Made by a program: the position numbers and the translations under genes | NCBI GenBank assembly: GCA_963674755.2 | Contig: CAXXVS010000003.1 | Span: forward strand, 192,001-256,000 | Length of the DNA stretch: 64,000 nt | Reading direction: 5' to 3' | From: Desulfobacterales bacterium | Lineage (GTDB): Bacteria > Desulfobacterota > Desulfobacteria > Desulfobacterales > UBA5852 | Notes under the pieces: generated by a model | Database searches by the model: none | Told to the model about the DNA's origin: nothing | Seen by the model: the letters and a program-made list of their open reading frames with translations, nothing else | Part shown: positions 48,205-57,500 of the stretch, one piece after another | How the letters are laid out: each line of letters opens with the position of its first letter | How positions within the stretch are numbered: the stretch's first letter is position 1

Positions 48205-49971
48205 ATGGTTCGGCAATTTGCGAAAACGATGATAGGATTTTTGCTGCTTGTGCTGGTTTTTCCCGTCGCAGGGGGTGCGGATGTTCTTGAATACGAATTG
48301 TCCTGGACAGGGAAGAACGGATACCAGGTAAGGGGCTCCTTCGCTTTCGACAACGCCAAAAACTATGGGTATATCATTGACGAGACGGAACTGAAGGCCT
48401 TTCAGGTCACGGCTTACACCCCCGAGGGCAAAGCGTTAAAAACCTATACGCTCAAAAACCAGAACCGGTTTAACTTCAATTTCGACATTCGCACCGAGAC
48501 CATTCTTCAGGAGCGCAAAGCATCGCGATCCGCGGAGAGCGGCATCAGCATCGGCGAAATCGCAAAGGGAGATTCGGGACAGCTCATAATCGAAGATCCT
48601 GGAATGTATGTGTTCACCGGTTTCGTCGGCTGCGGAGGCGCTTTTCCCCGATCGGAAGGCCCCGAGCTGCTGGTGACAAACGGATCCTGCAAGGGGTATG
48701 CGCTTGATTACGGGGGCACCAAAATCACTGCGAAACTGATCAACATCTTGTCCTGGCAAGCTCCGGAACTTTCGTCCTTGCCTCCGGCCGAACTTCAGGA
48801 AAAGACCATGGCGATCGACCAAAAAATGAACAACCAATACACGGCACTGGAATCACAACTGAATAAAGATCTCTTTGCCCAACTCCAAAAAGCGCAGCGG
48901 CAGTGGATCGCCTACCGGGATCAGGTGTGCGGATTCGAAAAACAACTCTCGGTGAAAAACCCAAACTGGGTGGTGCAACAGACCGAAGGGGATCAAAGCC
49001 TGGCCTGTCTCTACCGGCTAACGCAGCAGCGGCTGCAGGATTTCGAACACTATCGGCGGACAATCAAAAACAAGCCTGAGCGTGTTCCTGAGACAGTCGG
49101 CGACATCCGGTTAGAAAATTGTAGATTCATTAATGTACCGGACGATGTGAAAGTCTATGGCATCGGCACTTACAGCGGCCTTGTCCCGTCGGATTACCAG
49201 CTAGGCGACAGCGGGCACACGGTAAAAGAGATCGAAGTCATCGTAAACAAGCCGAATGAAGCGCTGATCCTGGTGTTAATGGCCTATGATCCGGTCATCT
49301 GGAAGGTGAAACAGACGCCCCAAAGCCATATTCTCGGCGTGATCGTCGCTGGATACCATTCCCAGGCCCTTCTGGGCGTCACGAAAAAAACGCCGCGGTT
49401 GTTCGCGGTTAACGAAGAAAAAACCGCATGCAAATACTTTTACGCCTACAAGGCAGGCAATAAACTCGACAAGGCGATCCAACGAATCCGGGAAATCACG
49501 GGCGCTGAGCTGACCGAGCTGGTCACATCGCCTCACAATCAAAAATTTTATATCGGCGCCTATGAAACGATCGACCCGGCTTCTCTGCGTTACGGGACAG
49601 AGTTGACCATGGAGGACTATTCGGTAACCGGCCGCTTTCCTCCCGGTGAGAAAGGGCTCGACCTTCTGGTCAAACAGAACAAGATCCGGCCGGCCAACCA
49701 GGAGGACATTTTCCGCTGGGTCGAAAAGGCAAGCGCAAAATATCAAAAATATAACCCGGGCCTGAAGGTCGAACATCACATGTATCCGGAGAGAACATAC
49801 GTGGTGCTGGCGGATTTTGAGCTGCCCACCGGCCTCTACGGCGCAAATTCGCGATCCTTCATTATCCCCGAGGGCCGAAACATGCCTACGGGTCCCAGGG
49901 GCCACAATACCTTTTACTTTGTCGAAGACGGCCGATGCGTCGGCGCCGCACCGGAGTGCCGGAATCGCTGA
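48205..49971 (+). CDS. Secreted multidomain protein with a central LprI (DUF1311) domain
   Basis: Signal peptide; LQKAQRQWIAYRDQVC...CLYRLTQQRL LprI motif; flanking domains unrecognised. Confidence 0.75.
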   Translation: MVRQFAKTMIGFLLLVLVFPVAGGADVLEYELSWTGKNGYQVRGSFAFDNAKNYGYIIDETELKAFQVTAYTPEGKALKTYTLKNQNRFNFNFDIRTETILQERKASRSAESGISIGEIAKGDSGQLIIEDPGMYVFTGFVGCGGAFPRSEGPELLVTNGSCKGYALDYGGTKITAKLINILSWQAPELSSLPPAELQEKTMAIDQKMNNQYTALESQLNKDLFAQLQKAQRQWIAYRDQVCGFEKQLSVKNPNWVVQQTEGDQSLACLYRLTQQRLQDFEHYRRTIKNKPERVPETVGDIRLENCRFINVPDDVKVYGIGTYSGLVPSDYQLGDSGHTVKEIEVIVNKPNEALILVLMAYDPVIWKVKQTPQSHILGVIVAGYHSQALLGVTKKTPRLFAVNEEKTACKYFYAYKAGNKLDKAIQRIREITGAELTELVTSPHNQKFYIGAYETIDPASLRYGTELTMEDYSVTGRFPPGEKGLDLLVKQNKIRPANQEDIFRWVEKASAKYQKYNPGLKVEHHMYPERTYVVLADFELPTGLYGANSRSFIIPEGRNMPTGPRGHNTFYFVEDGRCVGAAPECRNR

Positions 49972-49993
49972 AAATCCCGGAAAGGACCCTGCC

Positions 49994-52156
49994 ATGGTCG
50001 AGCGAAAGGCCAGCAAAGGCACCGGCAAATCCACCCGCACCCTGCTGGTCGTTTTGCTGATCATCACGACCTTGAGTGCCGCCGTCTACGCGGTTTTGGA
50101 CCGTAAGCGCATCACGGCACAGCTTTCCAACACGGCCCTGGAAAACGGAAGGTTTGATCTGGCCGAGGCGCTATCGCGGTTGGGAGGCCATTCGGTCCGG
50201 ACGCGGCGGTTTCTGGAGAAAGCCATTGAGATTGACGATGCCGAACGGGTAATTCGTTATCTGGAGGCCGGCGCCGACCCGGATGGAATTGCCGCTGCCG
50301 GAAAGCCTATGGTCTACCTCGCAGCGGAAAACGGGGCCGAGGCAGCGCTGGAGGTCTTGGCCGCCCGGGGTGCGAATTTGGACTACCACCCCGAGAAACG
50401 GAACCTGCCCTTGCTGTTGATGGCCAATAGAGCAAAAAGCCGGCAGGCGTTTCGACTTTTGCTCAAGCATGGCAGCGACCCGAACGTGATCAGCGACTAC
50501 GGCTATCCCTTGGTGTACATCTGCCTGCGGCAGAAGCAGTACGCCTGGTTCGATCTTCTGGTCGCCCGAGGCGCTGATCTTTCCTATATCAGTCCGACAC
50601 GGCGCTCGCTGGCGGACGATGCGCTATGGACCGGTCATGAGGAGAGCATTGCGCTGCTGCTTGATAAGGGCATACCGGTGATGAAAACGAGGGGCGAAAG
50701 CAACGAATTGAACGAGGCCGCCAGGGTCGGAGACGTCAGGACATTTATCGAGCGGCTCGAAGCCGGCGACAGTCCCTATCTGAGAGATGGATACGACCTG
50801 AATGCCCTGGAGACGGCCATCTGGTCGCAATCCCCATCCTGTGTAAACGCCTTGCTTGAAGCCGGCGTGGATCCCAACGTGCCGTTCGGTGCGCCCCTCA
50901 GGGCGGCCGTAAAAAAAGGAAACCTGGCTTTGGTAAACCTGCTGCTGGAAAACGGCGCGCAGCCGGATGCCCGGGAAAAGACCGTCTACCGGACCGCCCT
51001 CCATGAAGCGGTGTGCCGGTCGCTTCCCATCGTGCAGACCCTGGTAGCGCATGGCGCCGATGTGAACGCTACGCATGCTTCGGATCACAAAACCCCGCTG
51101 TGGTGGGCGATCAACTGCGGAGAGGCGGAAACAAAAGCATTTTTGGAAACGCATGGCGGCCAATACAAGGTATATAAGGCCTGGTATCGAATGGGAACGC
51201 CTTTTGAAAGGGCGGCCGCCGACGGGGACATCAAAGAGATGGCCCGCATGCTGGCCGCCGGGCATTACATCAACGAGCGGGATGCCTTCGGGGATACGGC
51301 CTTTCACTATGCCGCCGCCGGAGGGAGCGTCGCCGCGATGCAGTTTCTGAAAGAACACGGAGGACTGCCGATGTTCCGGGGAGCCCTGACCCGTACGCCT
51401 CTTTTCTGGGCGGCTTTTCACGGCCGGATCGAGGCCTGCCGCTATCTGCTGAAAAACGGCTGCCGGTTGGTAGACCGGGACGCCTTCGGCGAAACGCCGC
51501 TGCATTTTGCGGCAAAGGGCAATCAGGTGGAAGCGGTGAAGCTCTTTATCGCGCTAGACGCGGATGTCGACGCCAATGTCGAAAAGGACTCGCCCCTCGC
51601 GGAAGCTGCCGGCGACAATGCCGCCGAAGCGGTGCGGCTGCTCATCGAGCACGGTGCGGCGGTAAACGCCCACGGCGGTTTCGGTCGAACAGCACTTCAT
51701 CGTGCCGTATTGCGAGGCGGCGCAGATGCGGTGGCGGTGTTGCTCGAGCTCGGTGGCGATATCCATGCCGGCGACAAGCAGGGCATCTCACCGCTGGATT
51801 TCGTGTCGGCGTATAGGGACCAGCAGGGAAACAGCGCGGTGTATGTTCAGATGATGGCGGCTTCCGGCAAGCCGGTGCGGCCCGGATTTGACTGCACAAG
51901 GGCCGCCACCACAGCGCAGCAGTTGATCTGCGCGGATATGGAGCTTGCCGAAATGAGTGCGGCTGCACACCGCGCCACGGCAGCGCTGGAAAACTCCGGC
52001 CGCCGGGCCGCAGAGCAGTATTTGGAGGCAGAGCGACAAAAGTGCGTCTTTTCCCCGTACCACTATCCAGAAGATAAGGCCTTTTACAAGGCTCTCGATT
52101 GCCTGAAAACGGTCTATCGGGACCACCTTCAGGAACTGAAACGGGTCGCCCCCTAG
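49994..52156 (+). CDS. Membrane-anchored ankyrin-repeat protein with C-terminal LprI-associated Cys motif
   Basis: N-terminal TM helix; many TPLH/TALH...GAD ankyrin repeats; PGFDCTRA...QLICAD. Confidence 0.85.
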   Translation: MVERKASKGTGKSTRTLLVVLLIITTLSAAVYAVLDRKRITAQLSNTALENGRFDLAEALSRLGGHSVRTRRFLEKAIEIDDAERVIRYLEAGADPDGIAAAGKPMVYLAAENGAEAALEVLAARGANLDYHPEKRNLPLLLMANRAKSRQAFRLLLKHGSDPNVISDYGYPLVYICLRQKQYAWFDLLVARGADLSYISPTRRSLADDALWTGHEESIALLLDKGIPVMKTRGESNELNEAARVGDVRTFIERLEAGDSPYLRDGYDLNALETAIWSQSPSCVNALLEAGVDPNVPFGAPLRAAVKKGNLALVNLLLENGAQPDAREKTVYRTALHEAVCRSLPIVQTLVAHGADVNATHASDHKTPLWWAINCGEAETKAFLETHGGQYKVYKAWYRMGTPFERAAADGDIKEMARMLAAGHYINERDAFGDTAFHYAAAGGSVAAMQFLKEHGGLPMFRGALTRTPLFWAAFHGRIEACRYLLKNGCRLVDRDAFGETPLHFAAKGNQVEAVKLFIALDADVDANVEKDSPLAEAAGDNAAEAVRLLIEHGAAVNAHGGFGRTALHRAVLRGGADAVAVLLELGGDIHAGDKQGISPLDFVSAYRDQQGNSAVYVQMMAASGKPVRPGFDCTRAATTAQQLICADMELAEMSAAAHRATAALENSGRRAAEQYLEAERQKCVFSPYHYPEDKAFYKALDCLKTVYRDHLQELKRVAP

Positions 52157-52246
52157 CCGATCTGTCATGGCGACCCCCTTGACACCGTTAAGAATCAAGG
52201 TTGGCGTATTCATCTTTTCTCCAGATAATTTTGTTGAGGAATTAAG

Positions 52247-53116
52247 ATGAAGAAAAACGAAACCCCCCTGGATATAAACTGGCTAAACAGCAGGGCAAAA
52301 TATGACCGACAAGCCAGGAGCCCGGAAGTGCTTGATGCTTTTCTTGCGGAGGTGGAGAAAGCCCATATAACCTTGGCCGATTTAGGATGTGGGACGGGAA
52401 GCAATGCCCTGTTCTTATCGGAGAATTTGACTTCCCGCCACGCGGAATTTCATTTGGTGGAACGCGAAACATACCTTCTGGAAGAAGCCCGGCGACGCAT
52501 CAGGGAGAAAAATGCAGGATGTTGTGAGGAACACAATAATGCCGTTTATCTGAAAAATGGCGAATATCAGCATGCCTTTTATTTTTACAACGAACTGACA
52601 AGTGAATTTATGCGTCGCAAGGTAGACTTGCAGGTCGTATGTGCCAGTGCGCTCTTCGATTTGTTCACGGAGGATGAATTCCATGATCTGCTCAAGGGTT
52701 TGAAGCGGAGACATATGTCACTCTATGGCGTACTGAATTATTGCGGAACGGAATTTTCCCCATCGTGCGGAAGGGATGAAAAATTTGTAGGCTTATATGA
52801 AAACCATATGTCCCGCTTGCTGCGTAAAGGGCGCCCTATGGGTAAACGAACGATGACCTGTATTCAGGATGTGCTGAATCCGGAAAACGGTTGGAATTTA
52901 ACCGTTTCAGATAGCCCGTGGCTATTGGGTGCCAAAGAATCCGCTTTTATTTCCCAGAATCTGGCTTTTTATAAAAATGCGGTGCCGGAGTTGATATTGA
53001 ATCAGGAAGAGCAAACTGAATTCAATGAATGGATGGTGGAAAAGAAGAGAATGATTGCGGAACGAACGCTTGCAATGCGCGTTTATCATCAGGATTTTTT
53101 CGCAAGGTGTCTATGA
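52247..53116 (+). CDS. Class I SAM-dependent methyltransferase
   Basis: WL..R..YD..ARS, DLGCGTGSN, ASALFDL, SPW.L; AT-richer sequence. Confidence 0.8.
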   Translation: MKKNETPLDINWLNSRAKYDRQARSPEVLDAFLAEVEKAHITLADLGCGTGSNALFLSENLTSRHAEFHLVERETYLLEEARRRIREKNAGCCEEHNNAVYLKNGEYQHAFYFYNELTSEFMRRKVDLQVVCASALFDLFTEDEFHDLLKGLKRRHMSLYGVLNYCGTEFSPSCGRDEKFVGLYENHMSRLLRKGRPMGKRTMTCIQDVLNPENGWNLTVSDSPWLLGAKESAFISQNLAFYKNAVPELILNQEEQTEFNEWMVEKKRMIAERTLAMRVYHQDFFARCL

Positions 53117-53952
53117 TCGTGTCTCACAATATACGCCGCTACTACGAGCATAACGAAAAAAAGTTCCGAAGACTTGGTATTGATACCAGAGATCACAATA
53201 TTCACCAGCCACTGTGGGACCGCAACACCAAAACAAAACGGCAGGCAGCCAATTACGCGAATCATTTGATGTTAAGGATCATCAAAGATACCTTAACGGG
53301 AGGAAAAAACCGAATTAACGTCCTGGATCTCGGCTCAGGATATGGCGCAACAATCAAGTATATTTTATCCAATGCCGATGCGGCTGCGCTGGAATTCTCC
53401 GGCATCACGATCAGTAGAGCACAAGCCGGTTTTGCCAGAGAGAAACTGGGTGAGCGTGTACGCATTGTTTGCAAAGATTATCATGACCTTTCCCGCTATT
53501 TCAGGGGCATGGATATCGTATATGCGATTGAAAGCGTTGTTCAAGCCCGGAATCTATCCGTTTTGTTGCGTGAAGTTTCCAGGGCTTTAAAGCCAAATGG
53601 CCTCTTTGTGGTTATCGATGATTTTATTGATGATCAAAGGGATCCCGAAATTGCCGATAGGCGGATAATTCATGACTATCAGGCCAACTGGTTTGCGGAC
53701 GGTTTGATGGATTCTAAATGTTTTCAGGCACTAGCCCTGAAAAACGGGCTGCGGCTGAAAAGAGCTGACAATTTAAACCCATACGTGAAGTGGTCTATGA
53801 GGTCGCGGGTGACGGCGTTATTGTATCTAGCGGGTTTGCGGCACGCTGACAATCTTTACTTGAAGTCATTGATCGGCGGCGGGGCGCGACAAGTGGCGAT
53901 CAAGAGGGGGATCCTGAATTATCGAATGGCCCTGTTTACCAAATCCCCGTGA
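53113..53952 (+). CDS. Class I SAM-dependent methyltransferase (sterol/tocopherol MT-like)
   Basis: VLDLGSGYG, GITIS..Q, YAIES, LKPNG; ATGA overlap with the previous gene. Confidence 0.85.
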   Translation: MIVSHNIRRYYEHNEKKFRRLGIDTRDHNIHQPLWDRNTKTKRQAANYANHLMLRIIKDTLTGGKNRINVLDLGSGYGATIKYILSNADAAALEFSGITISRAQAGFAREKLGERVRIVCKDYHDLSRYFRGMDIVYAIESVVQARNLSVLLREVSRALKPNGLFVVIDDFIDDQRDPEIADRRIIHDYQANWFADGLMDSKCFQALALKNGLRLKRADNLNPYVKWSMRSRVTALLYLAGLRHADNLYLKSLIGGGARQVAIKRGILNYRMALFTKSP

Positions 53953-54123
53953 CGGGGAGCGCGGTCGATCATCAACAAAGATCTCCCATTATCGCTCCCG
54001 ACCGCGCTGGCATACAAAAACCCCGGCAGGCTCCTTTTGGGCCTGAAGACATGGAATAATGGGAGCGGTCCATTCTTCCCCCTTCGTGGCCACACATTTG
54101 ACCTTCCACCACAAATCCGATAA

Positions 54124-54160
54124 TGCCAAATTTTGGCAAAACAATTGCCGAAAATTGGCA
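54124..54160 (+). promoter_or_regulatory. Paired palindromic enhancer-binding-protein sites
   Basis: TGCCAAATTTTGGCA (54124-54138) and TGCCGAAAATTGGCA (54146-54160), 22 bp apart and about 70 bp upstream of a sigma54 promoter. Confidence 0.6.
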
Positions 54161-54231
54161 TTCTATTATATGGGCTACCCCACAACATCTCGAAAACATA
54201 GGAATTACATGTAAAATCGAATTGTTTCACA

Positions 54232-54247
54232 TGGCATTGATCTTGCT
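54232..54247 (+). promoter_or_regulatory. Sigma54 (-24/-12) promoter
   Basis: TGGCATTGATCTTGCT (GG-N10-GC). Confidence 0.65.
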
Positions 54248-54315
54248 CTGACTTCCCTGCTATCGTGTAAAGCGCGTCCCTTAACAACAGATCCCAATCG
54301 CATCAATCCGACATC

Positions 54316-55755
54316 ATGAAACAATTCTGTCATTATCACCCTGCCAAGCCGGCCTACTGGTCCTGCCAAAGATGCGGCAAGACCATGTGCCAGGAGTGTG
54401 TCGAAGCCCGGGATATGGGGGGCCACCGCCAGGGACAAAAGCTCCACGTCTGCCCCAACTGCAACCTGCCGCTCCATTGGCTGGGCGTCGGCAACATCAT
54501 CGATCCCTTCTGGAAACGTATCCCCAGGTTTTTCCTTTATCCTCTCTCCCTCCGGCCGCTGACCTTGATGCTGGGATTGTCGGTGGTTGCGGCCCTGCTG
54601 CCCAAGGCAGGAATCCTGGCCATCGTGGGGGCCGTCGGGATTTGGGGGATGGCGTTCAAGTACGCCTATGCGATCCTCAAAAACACGGTGGGCGGCGACC
54701 TCACCGCGCCGCCTCTGAATGCAACGAACCTCTATAAGGATTTCGGACCGGTCGCCAAGCAGGTCGGCATCTATGCGGCGTTCTATTTTGCGGTGGGGTT
54801 TGTGTTCATAGAAATCGGCCGGGGCGTCGGAATCCCCTTCCTGATGCTGGCCACGCTGTTTTTGCCCGCCATGATCATGCTGCTGGTCTGCACCGAATCC
54901 CTGCTGGCCGCGCTCAATCCGCTTATGTTCGTAAGGCTGGCCGTGAAGATCGGGTGGGGCTATCTGTTGATGTACTTCTTCTACAGCACCCTTGCCGGAG
55001 CGCCGGCCTTGCTCGGCCATCAGGTGCTGCCCCTTTTGCCGCCGCTGCTGCACGTTTTTCTCTTCACGCTCCTTCAAATCTACTACACCTTCATATCCTA
55101 CCACCTTATGGGATATGTTATCCTGCAATACCACGAGGCCCTTGGCTACCAGGTTGATTTCGAGGATTTCAAAACCCCGGATGCGGGCCAGGGGGGCGAC
55201 GCCGCTGCGGCCGATTCCCCCGAGGCCCACTTGCTCAAGCGGATCAATCAACAAATCAAGGACGGCGACCACGATGGTGCGCTGCGAACCATTGAGAGGG
55301 AAACCGGCGGAAAGAGGATTTCCGATCCGCTCCTTTCCGAGCGCTATTTTACCCTGCTGAAGATGACCGGCGCGGAAGAGCTGCCGTCACACGGGCGCCA
55401 CCACCTGGAGCTTCTGGTACGCGGACAGAAAAAAAGCGCGGCGCTCAGCGTCTATATGGACTGCCGGTCCGCAGACCCCGCCTTTGCGCCTTCGGCCGGA
55501 AGCCTGTTCAAGCTTGGCGGGTGGCTCGATGAAGCCGGTCAATCCAAGGAAGCCGTGGCCGCCTTCAGCACATTGACCAAGGCCTATCCCCAGGATCCGC
55601 TGGTGCCCAAGTCCTATTTCCGGGCGGCGCAGATCATCCACGCCCGGCTCTTGAACCCGAACAAAGCCCGGACGATCCTGGCGGGTTTGATCAAAAAGTA
55701 TCCCCAACACGACATCATCCCGTTTGTGGAGCGCTACCTGGCCCAGATGGGCTAA
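54316..55755 (+). CDS. B-box zinc finger - DUF4013-like membrane domain - TPR-like protein
   Basis: C.YHP...C..C....C..C...CPNC; PFW.R; several TM helices; C-terminal TPR-like ..YP repeats. Confidence 0.75.
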   Translation: MKQFCHYHPAKPAYWSCQRCGKTMCQECVEARDMGGHRQGQKLHVCPNCNLPLHWLGVGNIIDPFWKRIPRFFLYPLSLRPLTLMLGLSVVAALLPKAGILAIVGAVGIWGMAFKYAYAILKNTVGGDLTAPPLNATNLYKDFGPVAKQVGIYAAFYFAVGFVFIEIGRGVGIPFLMLATLFLPAMIMLLVCTESLLAALNPLMFVRLAVKIGWGYLLMYFFYSTLAGAPALLGHQVLPLLPPLLHVFLFTLLQIYYTFISYHLMGYVILQYHEALGYQVDFEDFKTPDAGQGGDAAAADSPEAHLLKRINQQIKDGDHDGALRTIERETGGKRISDPLLSERYFTLLKMTGAEELPSHGRHHLELLVRGQKKSAALSVYMDCRSADPAFAPSAGSLFKLGGWLDEAGQSKEAVAAFSTLTKAYPQDPLVPKSYFRAAQIIHARLLNPNKARTILAGLIKKYPQHDIIPFVERYLAQMG

Positions 55756-55779
55756 CACGGACAAGACCGGGCAGGCTTC

Positions 55780-57249
55780 TCAGCGGGCGCCGTCCGCTTT
55801 ATGGATGATGGCCGCCTCCGCGGAATCCGGATACCGTTTGCGGATCAGGCGTCGGTAGTCTTCCCAGCGGTCATGCCGGCCTTTTTGCCGAAAGGCCTGG
55901 GAAAGCTTGACCAGGCTCGACGGCAGACCCGGCGTCTGGGGCTGCTGCTTCATGATGGCCAGGATGATTTTCTCGGCCCCGTCGATATGGCCGGCCGTTA
56001 CCATGGCCCCGGCCACCTGCAGGTACAGCGGAATCGCGAGACGTGGACGGCGGGCCAGGTCGGCATACGCCCCATAGCATTCAACGGCGGCGGCATGATC
56101 GGCCCGATTGCGCAGCAGGACGTGCAGCCGCCGGCGGGCCGTGTCGTGGAAAACCTCGGATTGGGGATTGAGTTTATGGATATTGAAGAGATGTTTGAGG
56201 GCCTCCGGGTCTTCGGGTGACAACACGAGCACCTGTTCCAGCAGGCGCCGGGCCTCGGTCATCTCCAGTTGACCCATGTGTTCCAGGGCCTGATGCATCA
56301 AGCGCTGGGCTTGTTCTTGCGGCGACGCCTTGAAACTGTCCCGGTCAACACGGCTTAACCATCGTTTTGCGGCCACGGCCAGCAGCGCGCCGGTGACAAT
56401 GCCGCCGATATGCGCCACGTAGGCCACCTGGGTGGCATCGCTGAAATAGAGCTGATAAACTTCATTGGCCAGCCAGAGCGGAAGGAGCAGGATGGCCGGA
56501 ATTGCAACCGTGTCGAAGAAGAACCCGAGGGAATAGAAGACATTCACCCTTGTCCTGCCATACAGCACCGTGTAAGCCCCCATCAACCCCGCAATCGCCC
56601 CGGAAGCCCCCACCAGCGGCGTGGTACTGGAAGGATAGACCGCGCAAAATGCGGCTGCCGCCGCCAAGCCGCTCGCCAGATAAATGACGAGAAACAGAAC
56701 GCGGCCGGCACCGATCTCCAACATGCATCCCAGGATCCATAAAAAAATCATATTGCCCACAAGGTGCCCGACATCGCCGTGCAGAAACATGTGGGTAAAG
56801 AAGGTGGCGGGTCGTGGATAGGCCGGCCGGAGCCCGAAAGAAAACGCCGTGCTCTGGTTGCGATGCCGCTCGTAGGTGTGACGGGATGATTGCCATAGCG
56901 CAAACTGGGAATCTTCGCGCGGAATAACGCCGCCGTCCCTAAGGCGGTCAAGAAAAGCCGCATCTTCTTCCATCGCCATATGGACCGCCATGGCGGCTTC
57001 CACATCCATGGCTTCGATATCCTGCTGCTCGGGGGTGGTCTTGCCCTCTGCCTTCAGATAGTCGACATAGAGGGGTATTTCGATCTCGGCCAGGCCCGAG
57101 TCAAAATAGTACTGCTCGGCGGCAATCCTGTTCTCGCCGTCGTTTAATTGAAACACGAAGAAAACAAGACAATTGACCACCAGAAGTGTCAATGTGGCCA
57201 GCGGCGGGTTTTTCCATCCGATTTTCCCGGATACAGGTATAATGAGCAT
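55780..57249 (-). CDS. Rhomboid intramembrane serine protease with TPR-like C-terminus
   Basis: FLHG..GHL.GNM, GASG (catalytic Ser), AHIGG (catalytic His). Confidence 0.92.
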   Translation of the reverse strand: MLIIPVSGKIGWKNPPLATLTLLVVNCLVFFVFQLNDGENRIAAEQYYFDSGLAEIEIPLYVDYLKAEGKTTPEQQDIEAMDVEAAMAVHMAMEEDAAFLDRLRDGGVIPREDSQFALWQSSRHTYERHRNQSTAFSFGLRPAYPRPATFFTHMFLHGDVGHLVGNMIFLWILGCMLEIGAGRVLFLVIYLASGLAAAAAFCAVYPSSTTPLVGASGAIAGLMGAYTVLYGRTRVNVFYSLGFFFDTVAIPAILLLPLWLANEVYQLYFSDATQVAYVAHIGGIVTGALLAVAAKRWLSRVDRDSFKASPQEQAQRLMHQALEHMGQLEMTEARRLLEQVLVLSPEDPEALKHLFNIHKLNPQSEVFHDTARRRLHVLLRNRADHAAAVECYGAYADLARRPRLAIPLYLQVAGAMVTAGHIDGAEKIILAIMKQQPQTPGLPSSLVKLSQAFRQKGRHDRWEDYRRLIRKRYPDSAEAAIIHKADGAR

Positions 57250-57314
57250 GACGTTCTTCCCTGGAAGCCAGAATGATGCCGTTTCAAAATGTAAAACGCT
57301 CACGCTTGAGGGAA

Positions 57315-57343
57315 ATTAAAAAGGCAATCATCCCATATGTCAA
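57315..57343 (-). promoter_or_regulatory. Sigma70 promoter of the rhomboid gene
   Basis: TTGACA-17 bp-TTTAAT on the minus strand. Confidence 0.5.
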
Positions 57344-57500
57344 ATGCTAATACCGGCTCCCCTGCGATCAGCAGGTTCTCCCGCCAGTCGTAGCGGCCGG
57401 TTAGGGAGGGCGGGGATAGGTCTGTTCGGTGGGAATTTCGGTGCATCAATCCACTCCCGTTTGAGTTTGCCAATTTGCCGGATGACCACCCGGCTTTCGC

